Below, in pieces: positions 1 through 11,769 of a DNA stretch of 64,000 bases. Under the pieces are notes generated by a model, which saw only the letters and a program-made list of their open reading frames with translations, had not been told where the DNA came from and did not search any database. The number at the start of each line of letters is the position of its first letter. Positions within the stretch are counted from its first letter, which is position 1. Origin of the DNA: Rhina ancylostomus. Its lineage: Eukaryota. The position numbers were made by a program, and so were the translations under genes. The stretch lies in NCBI GenBank assembly GCA_030265395.1, contig JARFYF010000063.1:51943919-52007918 (forward strand). Direction: 5' to 3'.

Positions 1-60
1 CTGCTTTTCTCCATGGATGCTGCCTGGCCTGCTGAGTTCCTCCAGCATCATCGTGTTTTT
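1..60 (+). mobile_element. Penelope-type element 3' end fragment
   Basis: GATGCTGCCTGGCCTGCTGAGTTCCTCCAGCA, the same motif that follows the GIY-YIG-like tail at 31165-31610. Confidence 0.6.
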
Positions 61-1766
61 CGTTTCACCATCTTCTTGTGTTTCCTGCACCGGTTGGCAA
101 GGTTACAGTTTGTAGGTATCCAAAAACGAGAGTATAACAAGGGTAAAGAGGGGAAGCTGTGGAGTTGATCGGGGGTGGGTGGATGAAGATAATGCTTACA
201 CCATGTCCAGCTTTGTAAGATCAGAAAGAAAGGAGTGTGATAAGGAGGATAAAGTCGGAGGATGTCAGCATGTTGTAAAGGGTTTGCTCAGTGCTGGACG
301 TGGCCTCCCCAAAAGCCAACCAATGAAAGGGAGCTCCATTGCTGAGCAGCATTAGGACATGCAGAGCTGCTTGTTGCCTGCTGCACCCTCCGGTTCCACA
401 GTGTTCTCCTGCAAGAGAGTGGGAAGCACGTCAACTTGTTGGTGGGGCTGTCGTGATTGACCAGCGTGCGCGGGGTGTGAGACACGACCAAGACCCACAG
501 CAGTACCAAGTGTGGGGAGGTGGAGCAACTGATGCTTAAGCTCAAATTGGGATTGATGGAGATTGTTAAGAGGCGAGGGATGAGAACATGGTGGACTGAG
601 CAGTGTTTGAAGCCGAATGGGGAGGTTAGTATTCTCTGCATTCTCTGGATGCATTCTCTGGACATAATAATGCATTCTCTGGACATCGACACTTTGCATC
701 CAGGTCCATGGGGCTCATCTCCTGGCACTGAGCTCACAGACTGTTGGCCCAGAACCTGCGTCTGGAGGGCATCCTACACATATAGAATATTTCTCCTAAA
801 TGGCAACACATTCACAACTTGATGGCTTGGAGCCCACTCTTTCCCAGGACATGTGCCGGTCTTCCATATGCATTCGTAGAACACATTCAAAGTGCACCTC
901 CCCTTCAAGATGAGCAAGCCAGCTTTGGCCACTAATTTTATTGGCTGGACCTATCAGCAGGGGGCAATGAGCAGCAGAGTTAATACTGATTGGATTTAGT
1001 AAGGATCCATCTGAGTCTGCACCATGACGTCAATGAGCTGTCTGCCCTGCAGTGCAATCACTCTGCAGTTACACATTTCAACCCCCACAGTGATTTTTCC
1101 CAAGAGAATCGAGCCTCCGCATTCTCTTAATGGTAGCAACTCTGACGGATATTGATCCCACAATCAAATATCCCCTCAAACCCAACACACAGCTTGCAAA
1201 TATGCTACACTAAAAATATTAATTTAGGATTCAAAGGTGAACTTGATTAACGAATGACATAATTCAACCCATACTTTTGTATCTATGACTACACTACCAC
1301 TCACTATTGTAATTTTATGGCACGTTAATCTGATACCCACAAAGATGTTGTAATAAAGATCTACGCAAGGTTTCTATAAAATAAGATTGTGGTATTTCCT
1401 GAATATGCATTAAAAAACAGCTTTGAACATTATTTTGTTCGTAAAAAAAGAATACAAAAATAAATGCCCACAGGTATACACTTAATCCTCCCTCTCAAAG
1501 CAATCAGATGCCCCGATTCCACAGATCCAGATATCTGATCCCTTGACCCTAGTGTATATTCTTCATTTGAAAGCCTAAACTGTGAGCATCAGAGAGTTTT
1601 TGACTATATTGTTACAGCGTTGAATCCAATCCTTCCTCATTTAGCAATGATGCACTTTCATGCAGAAGTAAATAACCAGCTAGAGCAATGTCCCTAGGTA
1701 ATTTTCTTCCCTTATTTCCAAGGCAAAACAAAAACAGGGACAAAAAAATTAGGGATTAAGCAAGTG

Positions 1767-2025
1767 AGGCAGCATCTGTAGAAGGAAATGGAGAGTCGAC
1801 ATTTCGGGTTGAGACCCTGCATCTGGGCTGAAAGAGTGGAGGGGAGATGGTACAAAGAGATGAGGGGTGGTGCACTCCTCCCATCATTTGCACTGGCTAT
1901 CTCCACTCTTCTCTTTTAGTCCAGATAAAGGGTTTCAACCCTCCACAGATGCTGCCTGACCAGCCGAGTCCCTCCGGCAGCTCGTTTATTGCTCCAGGTT
2001 CCACCATCTACAGCCTCATGTCTCC
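1767..2025. mobile_element. Two Penelope-type end fragments in inverted orientation
   Basis: 1767-1850 (-) and 1898-2025 (+) are mutually reverse-complementary copies of the same repeat end. Confidence 0.6.
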
Positions 2026-2059
2026 AAAAGTCTTGTTGTTCAAGGAGACCAGTTATTAT

Positions 2060-2695
2060 GCAGGTACAGAAAGCAATTGGTAAGGCAAACAGTATAATAG
2101 TCTTCAATGCAAGTGAATTTGAGTACAAGAGTAGAGATGTCTAGCTCCACTTAAATGGGCTTCTGGTGAGACTGGATCTCAAATATTGTGTATAGGTCTC
2201 ATCTCCCTACCTCAGGAAGTATATATTTGTTAGAGAGAGAATGCAGCAAAGACTCACCTGATTGAGTCCTGGGATGGTGGCTTTGTCATACAAGATTGAA
2301 CAAATTGGGCCTGAATGTTTAGAAAAAGAAATAAACAAAACTCTTATGTGGCTTGACTTGGTAGACACTGAATTTAATTTGCTGTGTTTGGGCTGGCAAG
2401 AGCCAGGGGGTTCACAGTCCCAAAATAAGGAGTTGGACATTCAAGACAGCGCTCAGAAACTTCCTCACTCAGGAGGGCGAAGAATTTTCTGAGAGAGCTG
2501 CACAGTCTCTGTCACCGAGTACACTTAAAGACAGAGATCAACAGGATTGTTTTGAATATTAAGTGAATCAAGGGATATGTTCCTCGTACAGGAAAGTGAT
2601 GCTGGGTAAAAAGTCAGTTGTGGCCTTAATGAATGGTGGAGCAGGTAAGAGCAGCCAATGGCCTACTGTTGCTTCCATATCTGATGTTCTTACTG
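2060..2695 (+). mobile_element. Old CR1-type LINE 3' fragment
   Basis: Degenerate GAGTACAAGAG...TGGTGAGAC...TATTGTGT RT C-terminal region and a GGCCTACTGTTGCTTCCATATC tail. Confidence 0.6.
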
Positions 2696-3339
2696 AAACA
2701 GTAAGTTGCATTTACACAAGCATCTTTAACATAAAAGGTGCTTCTGAGGAGCTTAATCAAATCAAGTTTGCTTTCCAATCTTCATCATTTTCATCTAATG
2801 GCCAGCAGTTGAAAATTTAGGATCAAGGGGAAAGGTTCTTTCTTGTTGACCCTTCCAAAAACAGGTGCAACCCATGTGGTGCCCATGGCAGGAGTCAACA
2901 CCAGACCAGAACCACCACAACCCAACTCCTGTGGCATAATTTGGACAGATGGTGCTGATGCTGCATCAACATCATCCCCATTTCAGACAGAGATCAACAA
3001 TATTCCCACACAAGTTGCTGGCATACCACTGCCATCGTGCATACATCACCCACAAACTGGAATAATGGGAGTGTGCATCTGGCCTGACTTATAGCGTGAA
3101 AGATGCTCAAAGTCGTTCAATTATAGGATTGTTATTGGAGGGAAGGTGGCCATTTGACTCATCGAGTCTATGATAGATATTTGTAGAGCAATATCTTTCG
3201 TCTGGTCCCCACAATTTTCTCCAATCAATCCACATTTTTAAAAATAGTTGAATCTTTGTTAAATTTGTTTTGAAAACCGCTTTTGAATCTGCATCCAGCA
3301 CACTTCAGGCAGTGCGTTCTGGCCAGCTCATTATGACAT

Positions 3340-3676
3340 GGAAAGAGGCCATTCAGCCCATCGAGTCAACGTCAACTCCAGCAGAACAATCCCAGCAGTC
3401 CTATTCCCCTGTAGCACTGCAACAACTTATCTCTCACAAGCTACTTAAATACCTCCTTAATTCCTTTGCCACTTACCTACACTAAACGGGAATTTTGCAG
3501 CAGCTAGTTAACCCATTGGTAAATCTTTGGGACAGGGAGAGAACCAGCACACCAGGAGAAGTCTACACGCTCACAAGGAGCATGCAAACTCTGCACAGAC
3601 CAATACCGGAAGTCAGGATCGAACCTGGGTCCCTGGAGAGGTGAGGCAGCGGCAACAACAACAACTGCTGCGCCAC
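3340..3676 (-). mobile_element. Old tRNA-derived V-SINE-type element
   Basis: GAACCAGCACACCAGGAG...GCAAACTC...GGATCGAACCTGGGTC (reverse B-box and V-domain). Confidence 0.6.
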
Positions 3677-3949
3677 TCCTTCATCAGTACTAAAGTTCAG
3701 ATTATTCATCTAACTTTAGGGCATTGCTTCTCTGGCCTGCCAAGATCGAGCCCAGCACCCACCCGACAACAACCTGGAATGTTTAAGTAGAAGAAGGGAA
3801 ATCCTTGAACTGATACTGTGGCATGTTAATGGTTAATGCTCCAGGCTGTACTGTCCCTTCTACAATGGTCCAAAAATAGGTAGATGTATTATCATTAAAC
3901 AGTGAAATAGTGAGAGTTCATGGCTAACAGATCAATGCCAGAGGAAAGT

Positions 3950-4520
3950 ATCCAGTAAATCCAGAGGTGAACTGATAGAGGTGTATAAAATGATAAGAGG
4001 CATTGATTGTGTAGATAGTCAGAGGCTTTTTCCTCAGGGCTGAAATGGTGGCCACAAGAGGACACAGGTTTAAGGTGCTGGGGAGTAGGTACAGAGGAGA
4101 TGTCAGGGGTANNNNNNNNNNNNNNNNNNNNNNNNNNNNNNNNNNNNNNNNNNNNNNNNNNNNNNNNNNNNNNNNNNNNNNNNNNNNNNNNNNNNNNNNN
4201 NNNNNNNNNNNTTCCCCAGGGCTGAAATGGTGGCCACAAGAGGACACAGGTTTAAGGTGCTGGGGAGTAGGTACAGAGGAGATGTCAGAGGTAAGTCTTT
4301 TTTTTACTCAGAGAGTGGCGAGTGCTTGGAATGGGCTGCCGGCAATGGTAGTGGAGGTGGCAGATACGATAGGGTCGTTTAAAAGACTTTTGGATAGGTA
4401 CATGGAGCTTAGAAAAATAGAGGGTTATGGGCAAGCCTAGTAAATTCTAAGGTAGGAACATGTTCGGCACAACTTTGTGGGCTGAAGGGCCTGTATTGTG
4501 CTGTCTATGTTTCTATGCTT
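3950..4520 (+). mobile_element. Young CR1-type LINE 3' end spanning a 100-N gap
   Basis: Translates to ...TRGHRFKV...FFTQRVASAWNGLP...FKRLLDRYM; tail TGGGCTGAAGGGCCTGTATTGTGCTGT. Confidence 0.85.
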
Positions 4521-4609
4521 CCTAGCTTTGCTACTGGTGGTCAGAAAAATACAACCGACTCTTCCACTCCTTCATCGGAAGCCTTCAGGGATCAAGGATG
4601 GCTTGCTTC

Positions 4610-5047
4610 CTTTTTGCTGTGAAAAGCAGCCTCCCCTCCCCTCCATGAACTCTGTCTATACCTCTCGCTGCCTTGGAAAAGCAGCCAGCATAATCTAAGA
4701 CCCTTCCTACCCCAGACATTCTCTCTTCTCCCTCCTTCCATTGGGCAGAAGATACAAGACCTTGAAAACATGTATGACCAGGCTCAAGGACAGCTTCTGA
4801 CCCGCTGTTATAAGACTCTTGTATGATAAATGTGAACTCTTGACCTCACAATCTATCTTGCCATAGCCTGTGCAACTTATTATTACCTGTACTGCACTTT
4901 CTCTGTAACTGTAACACTACGTTCTGCATTCTGTTACTGCTTTTCCCTCGTACTACCTCAAAGTAGTTATGTTTTTAAAAGGATGTGTATGTATGGCTTG
5001 CAAAACTAAGTTCTTAAACTGTATCTCAGTGCACTCGCAATAATAAA
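4610..5047 (+). mobile_element. Rex1/Babar-type LINE 3' end
   Basis: SVYTSRCLGKAASII.D...LPLGRRYK...RLKDSF motif plus 3' UTR ending in AATAAAC. Confidence 0.7.
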
Positions 5048-5351
5048 CCTATACTTTGGATCCAGAGGCGACGGATGAGACCTACAGCCTCGTGCACAGA
5101 TAGGGCAGGGGTGCCTTATGGGATTGGCAGGTGGATAGTTGGGCTGGTGCACTCTTCCCACTGTATATTCCGGGCTGTGTGTGCACCTGATGCATGGTTT
5201 TGAGGTTCTGAGTGTCATCCCAAATGGTCTCTCTTTGAGTGGTCATACAAGCTGCTGACGTACCACTGCCATCATACATCACCCACAAACTCTGTAGTAA
5301 TGGGAGTGTGCAGCTGGCCAGACCTCCATGGTGAAAGATGCTTAAAGTCGT

Positions 5352-5630
5352 GCAGGCATGGTAGTGTAGTGGTTAGTGTAATGCTATTACAGTGGCAGCT
5401 ACCTAGTTTTAGTTCCAGCCTCTGTCTGTAAGGAGTTTGTACATTCTCTCCATGTCTGAGTGCTCCGATTTCTTCCCACATTCCAAAGACGTACAGGTTA
5501 GGAAGTTGTGGGCATGCTATGTTGACGCCAGAAACTTGGTAACACTTGTGGGCTGCCCCCAGAACACTTTACGCAAAAGATGCATCTCACTGAGTGTTTC
5601 AATGTACATGCGACTAATAAAGATATCTTA
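5352..5630 (+). mobile_element. tRNA-derived SINE (V-SINE-type body, ...GTACATGCGACTAATAAAGATATCTTA tail)
   Basis: A-box-like GGTAGTGTAGTGGTTAG and V-domain GGAGTTTGTACATTCTC...CCCACATTCCAAAGAC; a second copy is at 19229-19530. Confidence 0.85.
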
Positions 5631-5859
5631 TTTCCCAAGTTTATTGCTAGTCAATGATTGAATTCCCAAGGACGCTTTTAGAATATCCACAACATTTTTC
5701 CCTGTTTTCTTGGTAGTCTCTTCCCTTTGACAGGGCTTGGAATAGAACATCTGTTTTCAGGAATCCTGTATTGGACATGTATATGAAGTCGGCTGTCCAT
5801 CACAGCTACCCAAGTGTAATTACGGCCTCGATGCTGGGATGTTGGCCTAAGAGAGGACA

Positions 5860-5990
5860 CCGATGTTCGTCAGTTTATTCTTCCAGTGAATATGGAGGAT
5901 TGAGACAATATTGAGGTTCTCTCTCCAAGGCCTTGATGTGCCTGCTGCATGTTGCCCAAGTCTCATGAGCATGTAAGAGGGCCGGTGAGG
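5860..5990 (-). mobile_element. RTE-type LINE fragment
   Basis: Minus strand translates to ETWATCSRHIKALE..QYCL, typical of the RTE RT C-terminal region. Confidence 0.5.
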
Positions 5991-6169
5991 TGGCATTAGA
6001 GCTTCTAAACTCCCTTTCTAAACAGAGGCAGGTTAATGCTTACGCTTTAACTAATGGTATTGTTTCCTGGTGGATGCATTCATTAAAATGATGGTGGGTG
6101 CAGCATTCTTTGAGAATGTAGCTTTGTGAAAATGCAAGTAATGGACTGTTGCAGATCACCATTCAAAGT

Positions 6170-7200
6170 GTGAAGAGCTTGGCATTGTGAGATTCTACAA
6201 AGCAATGGCTATAAATCAAAGATTACAGAGGATTAAGATTGCTTATATTACAAACCATTGAGACTCATACTTTGCCGCTCACTAATGCAATTCTGAGATT
6301 CTAGCATCTCCAACCAAGGAAGTTATTCTCTCAGCACCCACCCTGTTACATCCCTTTTGAATTTTATATTTAATTAGATTCACTCCTCCAACTTCGGAGA
6401 ACATCAGCCCAGTTTACTCACTCGCTCTTCATACAGTAAGCTGATGAACCTTTGCTCCACCATCTCCAAGGCCAGCCTAGCTGACCTTTTACCTCAGTGC
6501 CACTTCTCTGCAGTAGCCACATATCCCACGATTCCTTTACTAGCCTAAAGTTATCGATCCCTGTGTTGAGTATAGTCAGCAACTGAGCTTCCAGAGCCTC
6601 CAGTAGAGAATTCCAAAACATCACTGCTCTCTGGGTGAACACATTTCTTCGCACAGGTTTGGAGATCAAAACTATAAACTGAGGTGCGTTCTCAGTTTAG
6701 GTCCTATAAGTTATCTTTACTTGTACTCTGACCCTTTGGCTTTTATTTCAGTTGGCTATTATTTCATTTGGCTTCCTAAATGCTTACTATACCTGCATTT
6801 TAACTTTGTTCCTTCTCAACATTAAACTACTCCATCCACTTTTAATGCTTGCTCTGCTTTTTCAATTTTCCTTCTTAAAGTGGGTAATATCATGTTACTT
6901 CACATACATCCAATCTGCCAATTTCTTCCCCACTTTTTGGTATCTTTTTGAAAATTGAAATAACAGTAGGCCATTCGGCCCCTCATGCTCATTCTGCCAT
7001 ACAAATAAAAATCATGGCTGATCTCTTACCTCAGTGACTCTTTCCTGCCCAAGTCACCTATCCCTTAATAACTGAAAGTTTGTCACACTGTGCTGAATAA
7101 ACTCAGCAAAAGGGCCTCCAGAGCCCTCTGTTTAGTTCATTACCCTTTGGGTGAAGAAACTACTTCTCGATTACGTCCTGAATTTTGAGACTGTGACTCT
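6170..7200 (-). mobile_element. Cluster of old CR1-type fragments
   Basis: ORF 6418..6669 (RRNVFTQRAVMFWNSL) and a GTAGGCCATTCGGCCCCTC tail near 6967. Confidence 0.65.
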
Positions 7201-7269
7201 TGGTTCCAGACAAAATTACTGATCAGACTACCTACATTTTTGTCCAAATATTACAACTGATGCAGGTCC

Positions 7270-8435
7270 TAGTACTAATCCTTGCAGAACACTGCTGGTC
7301 ACAGACCTCCTCTACCACTAACCTCTGTCTTCTAATGACCAAGCCAACTTTGGATCCAATTTACCAACTCACCAAGGATCCCATGTGACTTAGTCTTCTG
7401 GATCAGCCTACCATGAGGGACCTCGTCAAATGCTTTATTGAAGTCCATGTACACGACATCCGCTGCATTAGCCTCAATCATCGTTGTCACTTCCTCAAAA
7501 GCACCATCAAATTTGTGAAACAGGACATCTCCTGCACAAAGCCATGCTGACTATTTCTAACAAGTTCATCTTTTTCCAAATGTGAATAAATTCTGTCTCG
7601 AAGAATTGTCTCCAGTAACTTCCTTCCATTGGTACTAGGTTCACCAGCCTATAATTTCCTGCTTTGTCCCTATTGCCCTTCTTAAACAAAGGAACAACAT
7701 ACACCAGTCTTTTGGCACTTCACCCATGGAGAAAGAGGATACAAAGATCTCTGTCAAAGCCCCAATCTCCTCCCTCGCTTCCCTCAGTCTCATGCCCTGG
7801 GGACTTATCCATCTTAAATGTTTTTCAAGACACCTAACACCTCCTCCTCCTTAATATTGGCATGCCATAGAATATCACCATACCCATCCCTAATCTCACC
7901 ATCATCATGTCCTTCTCCTTGGTGAATACCAATGTGAAATACTCATTAAGGATCTCACCTACTGCCTCTGTCGCTATGCATAAATTCCCTCCTTTGTTCT
8001 CGAGTGGATCTGCCTTTTCCCTAGATACCCTCTTGCTCCAAGTAAGATGCCTTGGGATTTTCCCTAATCCTACTTTCCAAGGACATTTTATGGCCCCTTT
8101 TAGCCCTTCTAATTCCTTTTCTTTTCCTGCTTCCTTTCAACTTCCAGAACCTTGTCAAATTTCTGCTTCCCAAACTTAAAATATCTCGTCATTCAAAAGG
8201 TTCCCAACCATGCCATCTTTATATTTCATTCTCTCTGGAACATGCTGGTCCTCAACTCCAATCAACTGACCTTAAAAAGACTCCCACATGTCAGATGTGG
8301 ATTTATCCAAAACAGCCAGCCCCATTCGACTTTTTCCAGTTCCTGCCTAATACTGCTGTAATTAGCCTTCCCCCAAGTTAGCATTTTCACCCAAGGTCCA
8401 GTCTTATCCTTATAAGTATTGATCTTAAAGCTTAT
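7270..8435 (-). mobile_element. CR1-type LINE ORF2 fragment (decayed)
   Basis: VVPLFKKGNRDKAGNYRLVNL, YMDFNKAFD and WGKANYSSIRQELEKVEW motifs, with frameshifts. Confidence 0.85.
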
Positions 8436-9300
8436 AGATTGCAAATGGCTGAAGTCCAAGCATTAATTGTTCCAGTATCACTCTCCTTACTGCTAATTGG
8501 CTCTCATATTTTTACTCTGTCTTCTGCCTATTCATCATTACATTTCCTCTTATGGGGAAATTACCGGAATCTGGTATTAAGGATGTAGTAAGAGGGCACT
8601 TAATACAAAAAATTCATGAATGGGCAGAGTCAACATAAAGTTATGAAAGGGGAAATTTACCTTGATTAGAACTGCTCTGTGTGATGCTGACACAGTGCAC
8701 AGTTTCCGTCTGTAGGAAGTGCAGCCTATTAACAGAAATGAGGTCAGGCTGTAAGCACAAGGAAATAGTGGTAGTGAAAGATCAGTCTGTCTTTGATGAT
8801 AGTTAGCGTACTCGTTGATGTTCTACCTTGCTAACAACTTTCTTCAATATGGTTTATAATGGAACTGCATGATATTGGGTTAGACTGCAGTCCTTTTTTC
8901 AATCTGGGTTTGATTCAAGTCTGGAAAGTTGGGGTGGAAGTCTTCTAACAGGAGTGATACACTGGTCAGCCAACAAACAAAACTGTGCAACGCTATTGAA
9001 TGCAGGATGTGTTTCACACCTTTAAACAGTAACAACATCCTTAATTCCACTCCAGACTGAACACTGAGCTCATAAATGACACCAACCAGAGGATTAATGT
9101 ATGTTTTCAATCTTTTTCTACCCCTTGTAGTGCAAGGATGAGTGGACAGTTTGAATTTGTTTTTGCCCATTGATGTGGTAACTTTGATCTCTTCTGAGCA
9201 AATATTAAGGAAAATTCATTAAGCCTTTTGATATGTTAGCAGGTTATTTGCTCAGCTATGTGCAACTTGCACACGAGCACAAACCAATCAAATAATTTCG

Positions 9301-9545
9301 GGCAGCACGGTGGCGTAGCGGTTAGCGCAATGCTATTACAGCGCCAGTGATTGGGGTTCAATTCCCGTCGCCGTCTGTAGGGAGTTTGTACGTTCTCCCG
9401 TGTCTGCATGAGGTTCCTCCAGGAGCTCTGGTTTCCTCCCACATTCTAAAGACATACGGGTAGGTTAATTTGGGGTTTAAAATGGTCGACACGGACTTGT
9501 TGGGCCGGAAGGGCCTGTTACCACTCTGTAAATAAAATTTAAAAA
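9301..9545 (+). mobile_element. Young HE1/V-SINE-type tRNA SINE with CR1-type tail
   Basis: A box TGGCGTAGCGG, B box GGTTCAATTCC, V-domain, and tail TTGGGCCGGAAGGGCCTGTTACC; a near-identical copy is at 56856-57095. Confidence 0.88.
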
Positions 9546-9687
9546 AATTTACAATAAACACCTGGACCAGAGCAAGTCCACCAAAATCCTTCTGACTGAA
9601 GGGAGGATGGAATGCAAGCAGTATTCTTGTGGAAAAAAAAGACATGGAATGAGGAAGGATTTGCTACACATAGACTGGACTCCCAAC

Positions 9688-9800
9688 CTTCCATTTCCCA
9701 CTGGAAATCTCTGCATCAACCTGCAAAATTATCTGACAAAACTCCTTTATGCCCATAATCAGTAGTTGTCTGTCATTCAGACCTGAAGTTATTATCCTCC
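9688..9800 (+). repeat. Partial direct copy of the 10151-10331 foldback element
   Basis: About 100 nt that differ at only about 5 positions from 10153-10254. Confidence 0.85.
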
Positions 9801-10150
9801 AAATACATGCCTATGCTCTCAAGCTCAGCAGCAAAGGAACAACTGGGTCCCACAGAACATACAATCATCAGATACTATGCCTCATTTGCTTCCCAACTGC
9901 AAACTGATCCTACTGCCTTTTAAACAGAAGTTAGTTATCTTAGTTTTGGCTGTCAGACGTTACTTCTGTTCCCCCAGCTCTGGCCTCTGACATAGCTACT
10001 TAATTGACAGAATGAATTGTTTTATCACCAGGGTCATTCAACAAGGTTGGCTGCTTTCCTCGATTATTAATCACTCTTTTTGGCTCCTTCGATCATTCTT
10101 CCGCTTCAATTCTTATCTGCACCTTCATTCTTTTCAGCCTCTAGGATAAG

Positions 10151-10331
10151 CACTTCCATTTCCCACTGGAAATCTCTGCATCAGCCTGCAAAATGATCTG
10201 ACAAAACTCCTTTATGCCTATAATCAGTGGTTGTCTGTCATTCAAACCTGAAGTGTATAACCTAAACTGAAAGAGTTTTGTTAGACCATTTTTCAGGTTG
10301 ATGCAGAGATTTCCAGTGGGAATTGGAAGTG
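10151..10331. mobile_element. MITE-like foldback element (about 60-bp inverted arms, about 60-bp spacer)
   Basis: Left arm CACTTCCATTTCCCACTGGAAATCTCTGCATCAGCCTGCAAAATGATCTGACAAAACTC; right arm reverse complement CACTTCCAATTCCCACTGGAAATCTCTGCATCAACCTGAAAAATGGTCTAACAAAACTC. Confidence 0.65.
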
Positions 10332-11029
10332 GCCACATCAAGTCAAACTATTAGACAGAAGCATCCAGGTCAAATGTTGGTGTGGAATGTAAAATGAACA
10401 AGAATGCAAGATGAACACCTGCTGAATTTTAAAATTTATGTCTCACATAAACTTGATAAACACTTGGTCTAGTGCACTGTTCCAGATGAAAGACTCTATA
10501 ATAACTTCTTCAGGAATTAATTCACGTTGCTGTGGATTAAACCTCACCATTTGTCATAGAATGGGAATGTTTTACACCCTGCAGGATTTCTCTCCCCTGT
10601 TACAATGCTGTAATTCATCCTATTCTAGTGCAATTCGGATGTTAGGCAATGGCCAAGGGCACTTTTGAGACAGAGGTAATCTTATATCCAAGATTTTATT
10701 TTGAAGAAAAAAAATCCATTCCTACTCTGATGCAGTGTTTGTATTCAGAAAGCTATTGATAGTTGCCAGGTAACAGGTGGCATGAAACTAGAAACTACAC
10801 AGCAGACTATGTTCCAGAAGTTGCTTACATTTTAAGAGCAACCTGCCACCCAATGTATAAATTAAATTATAAAAGAAAAGCAGCATTTAGATTTTTTATT
10901 ATTTCATTGAAACTAAATAGGAATTTTAATGCTGCAATTTAGTATTTTGTCTAATATAAACTGCCGATCTTAAAGCAACCAAGGGGGCAAGGCTAGAAAT
11001 AAAATATTATGCTTTATCACAGTCACCTT

Positions 11030-11555
11030 ACCAGGAAGCCATATAGTCAAGATTTTGATATTTGAGACCATACCTCAAGCACCCCAGTTTGTTCAGACAT
11101 TCTGACATTAAGCAGCCACAATCCCAAATCAGAGCAACCAAATTTGGCAGAATTAAAGCCTGCCTGCTTCACTGTTCTTAAGAATCCACTCCCTGCACCA
11201 CCAGCGCATGAATGCAACCTGTACCACCTGCACATTGTTCTGCAATGATCTGCCAAGGCTTCTTTGGCAACACTTCACAAGCCTGTAAACTTTGCCAAGC
11301 AGAAGGACGAGGGCACCAGGTGCATAGGAATGTCTTCATCTTCCAGCTCCTTCCAAGGCATACATCATCCTGATTTGGACATGCGTTTAGGCCACTGAAG
11401 CTCCTGACCCAACATTGTGCATGCATCTTACCATAAATTCTGCAAGAAGGTGGCTCATCACAATCTTCTGCCCCATCACAACCTTCTAAAGGGGCACTAA
11501 AGCTGGGTTGTAAGTACTGTTCTTGCTAGTGATGCCCATCCAATTAAATAAATAA
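11030..11555 (+). mobile_element. Old CR1/L2-group LINE 3' fragment
   Basis: ACTCCCTGCACCACC...GTACCACCTGCACA...CCAAGGCTTCTTTGGCAACAC motifs; related pieces at about 36020-36330 and 52480-52760. Confidence 0.5.
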
Positions 11556-11769
11556 AAAGCTGGCTAACCTTATATTTGCCTGTTTAAATACATGAACCAA
11601 CTCTGCCTATTGTGCTGTGACTGCTGGTGAACGTTAAGCTGTTTGTCACTCGCCTGGACTCAATATACTTTGTTCCTTCAACAGCACCTTAGAATGTGTT
11701 TGTCCTGCTTTGAACCACAAGGAAGATGAACCAGCATCTTTACTTTCTTAGGAGTTTAAGGTGGTTTGG

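Noticed and set aside
288-822. Overlapping 100-149 aa ORFs and short ATGCATTCTCTGGA tandem repeats
   Set aside because: No recognisable domain or splice framework; probably a decayed LINE fragment with local slippage.
4031-4292. About 80-bp direct repeat on either side of a 100-N gap
   Set aside because: Overlapping contig ends within a high-copy CR1; a scaffolding artefact is more likely than a real duplication. The same pattern appears at 51721-51843.
9301-9370. tRNA-like A and B boxes (also at 56856, 5352 and 19530)
   Set aside because: These are SINE heads continuing into a V-domain and tail; I see no complete cloverleaf, so they are not tRNA genes.
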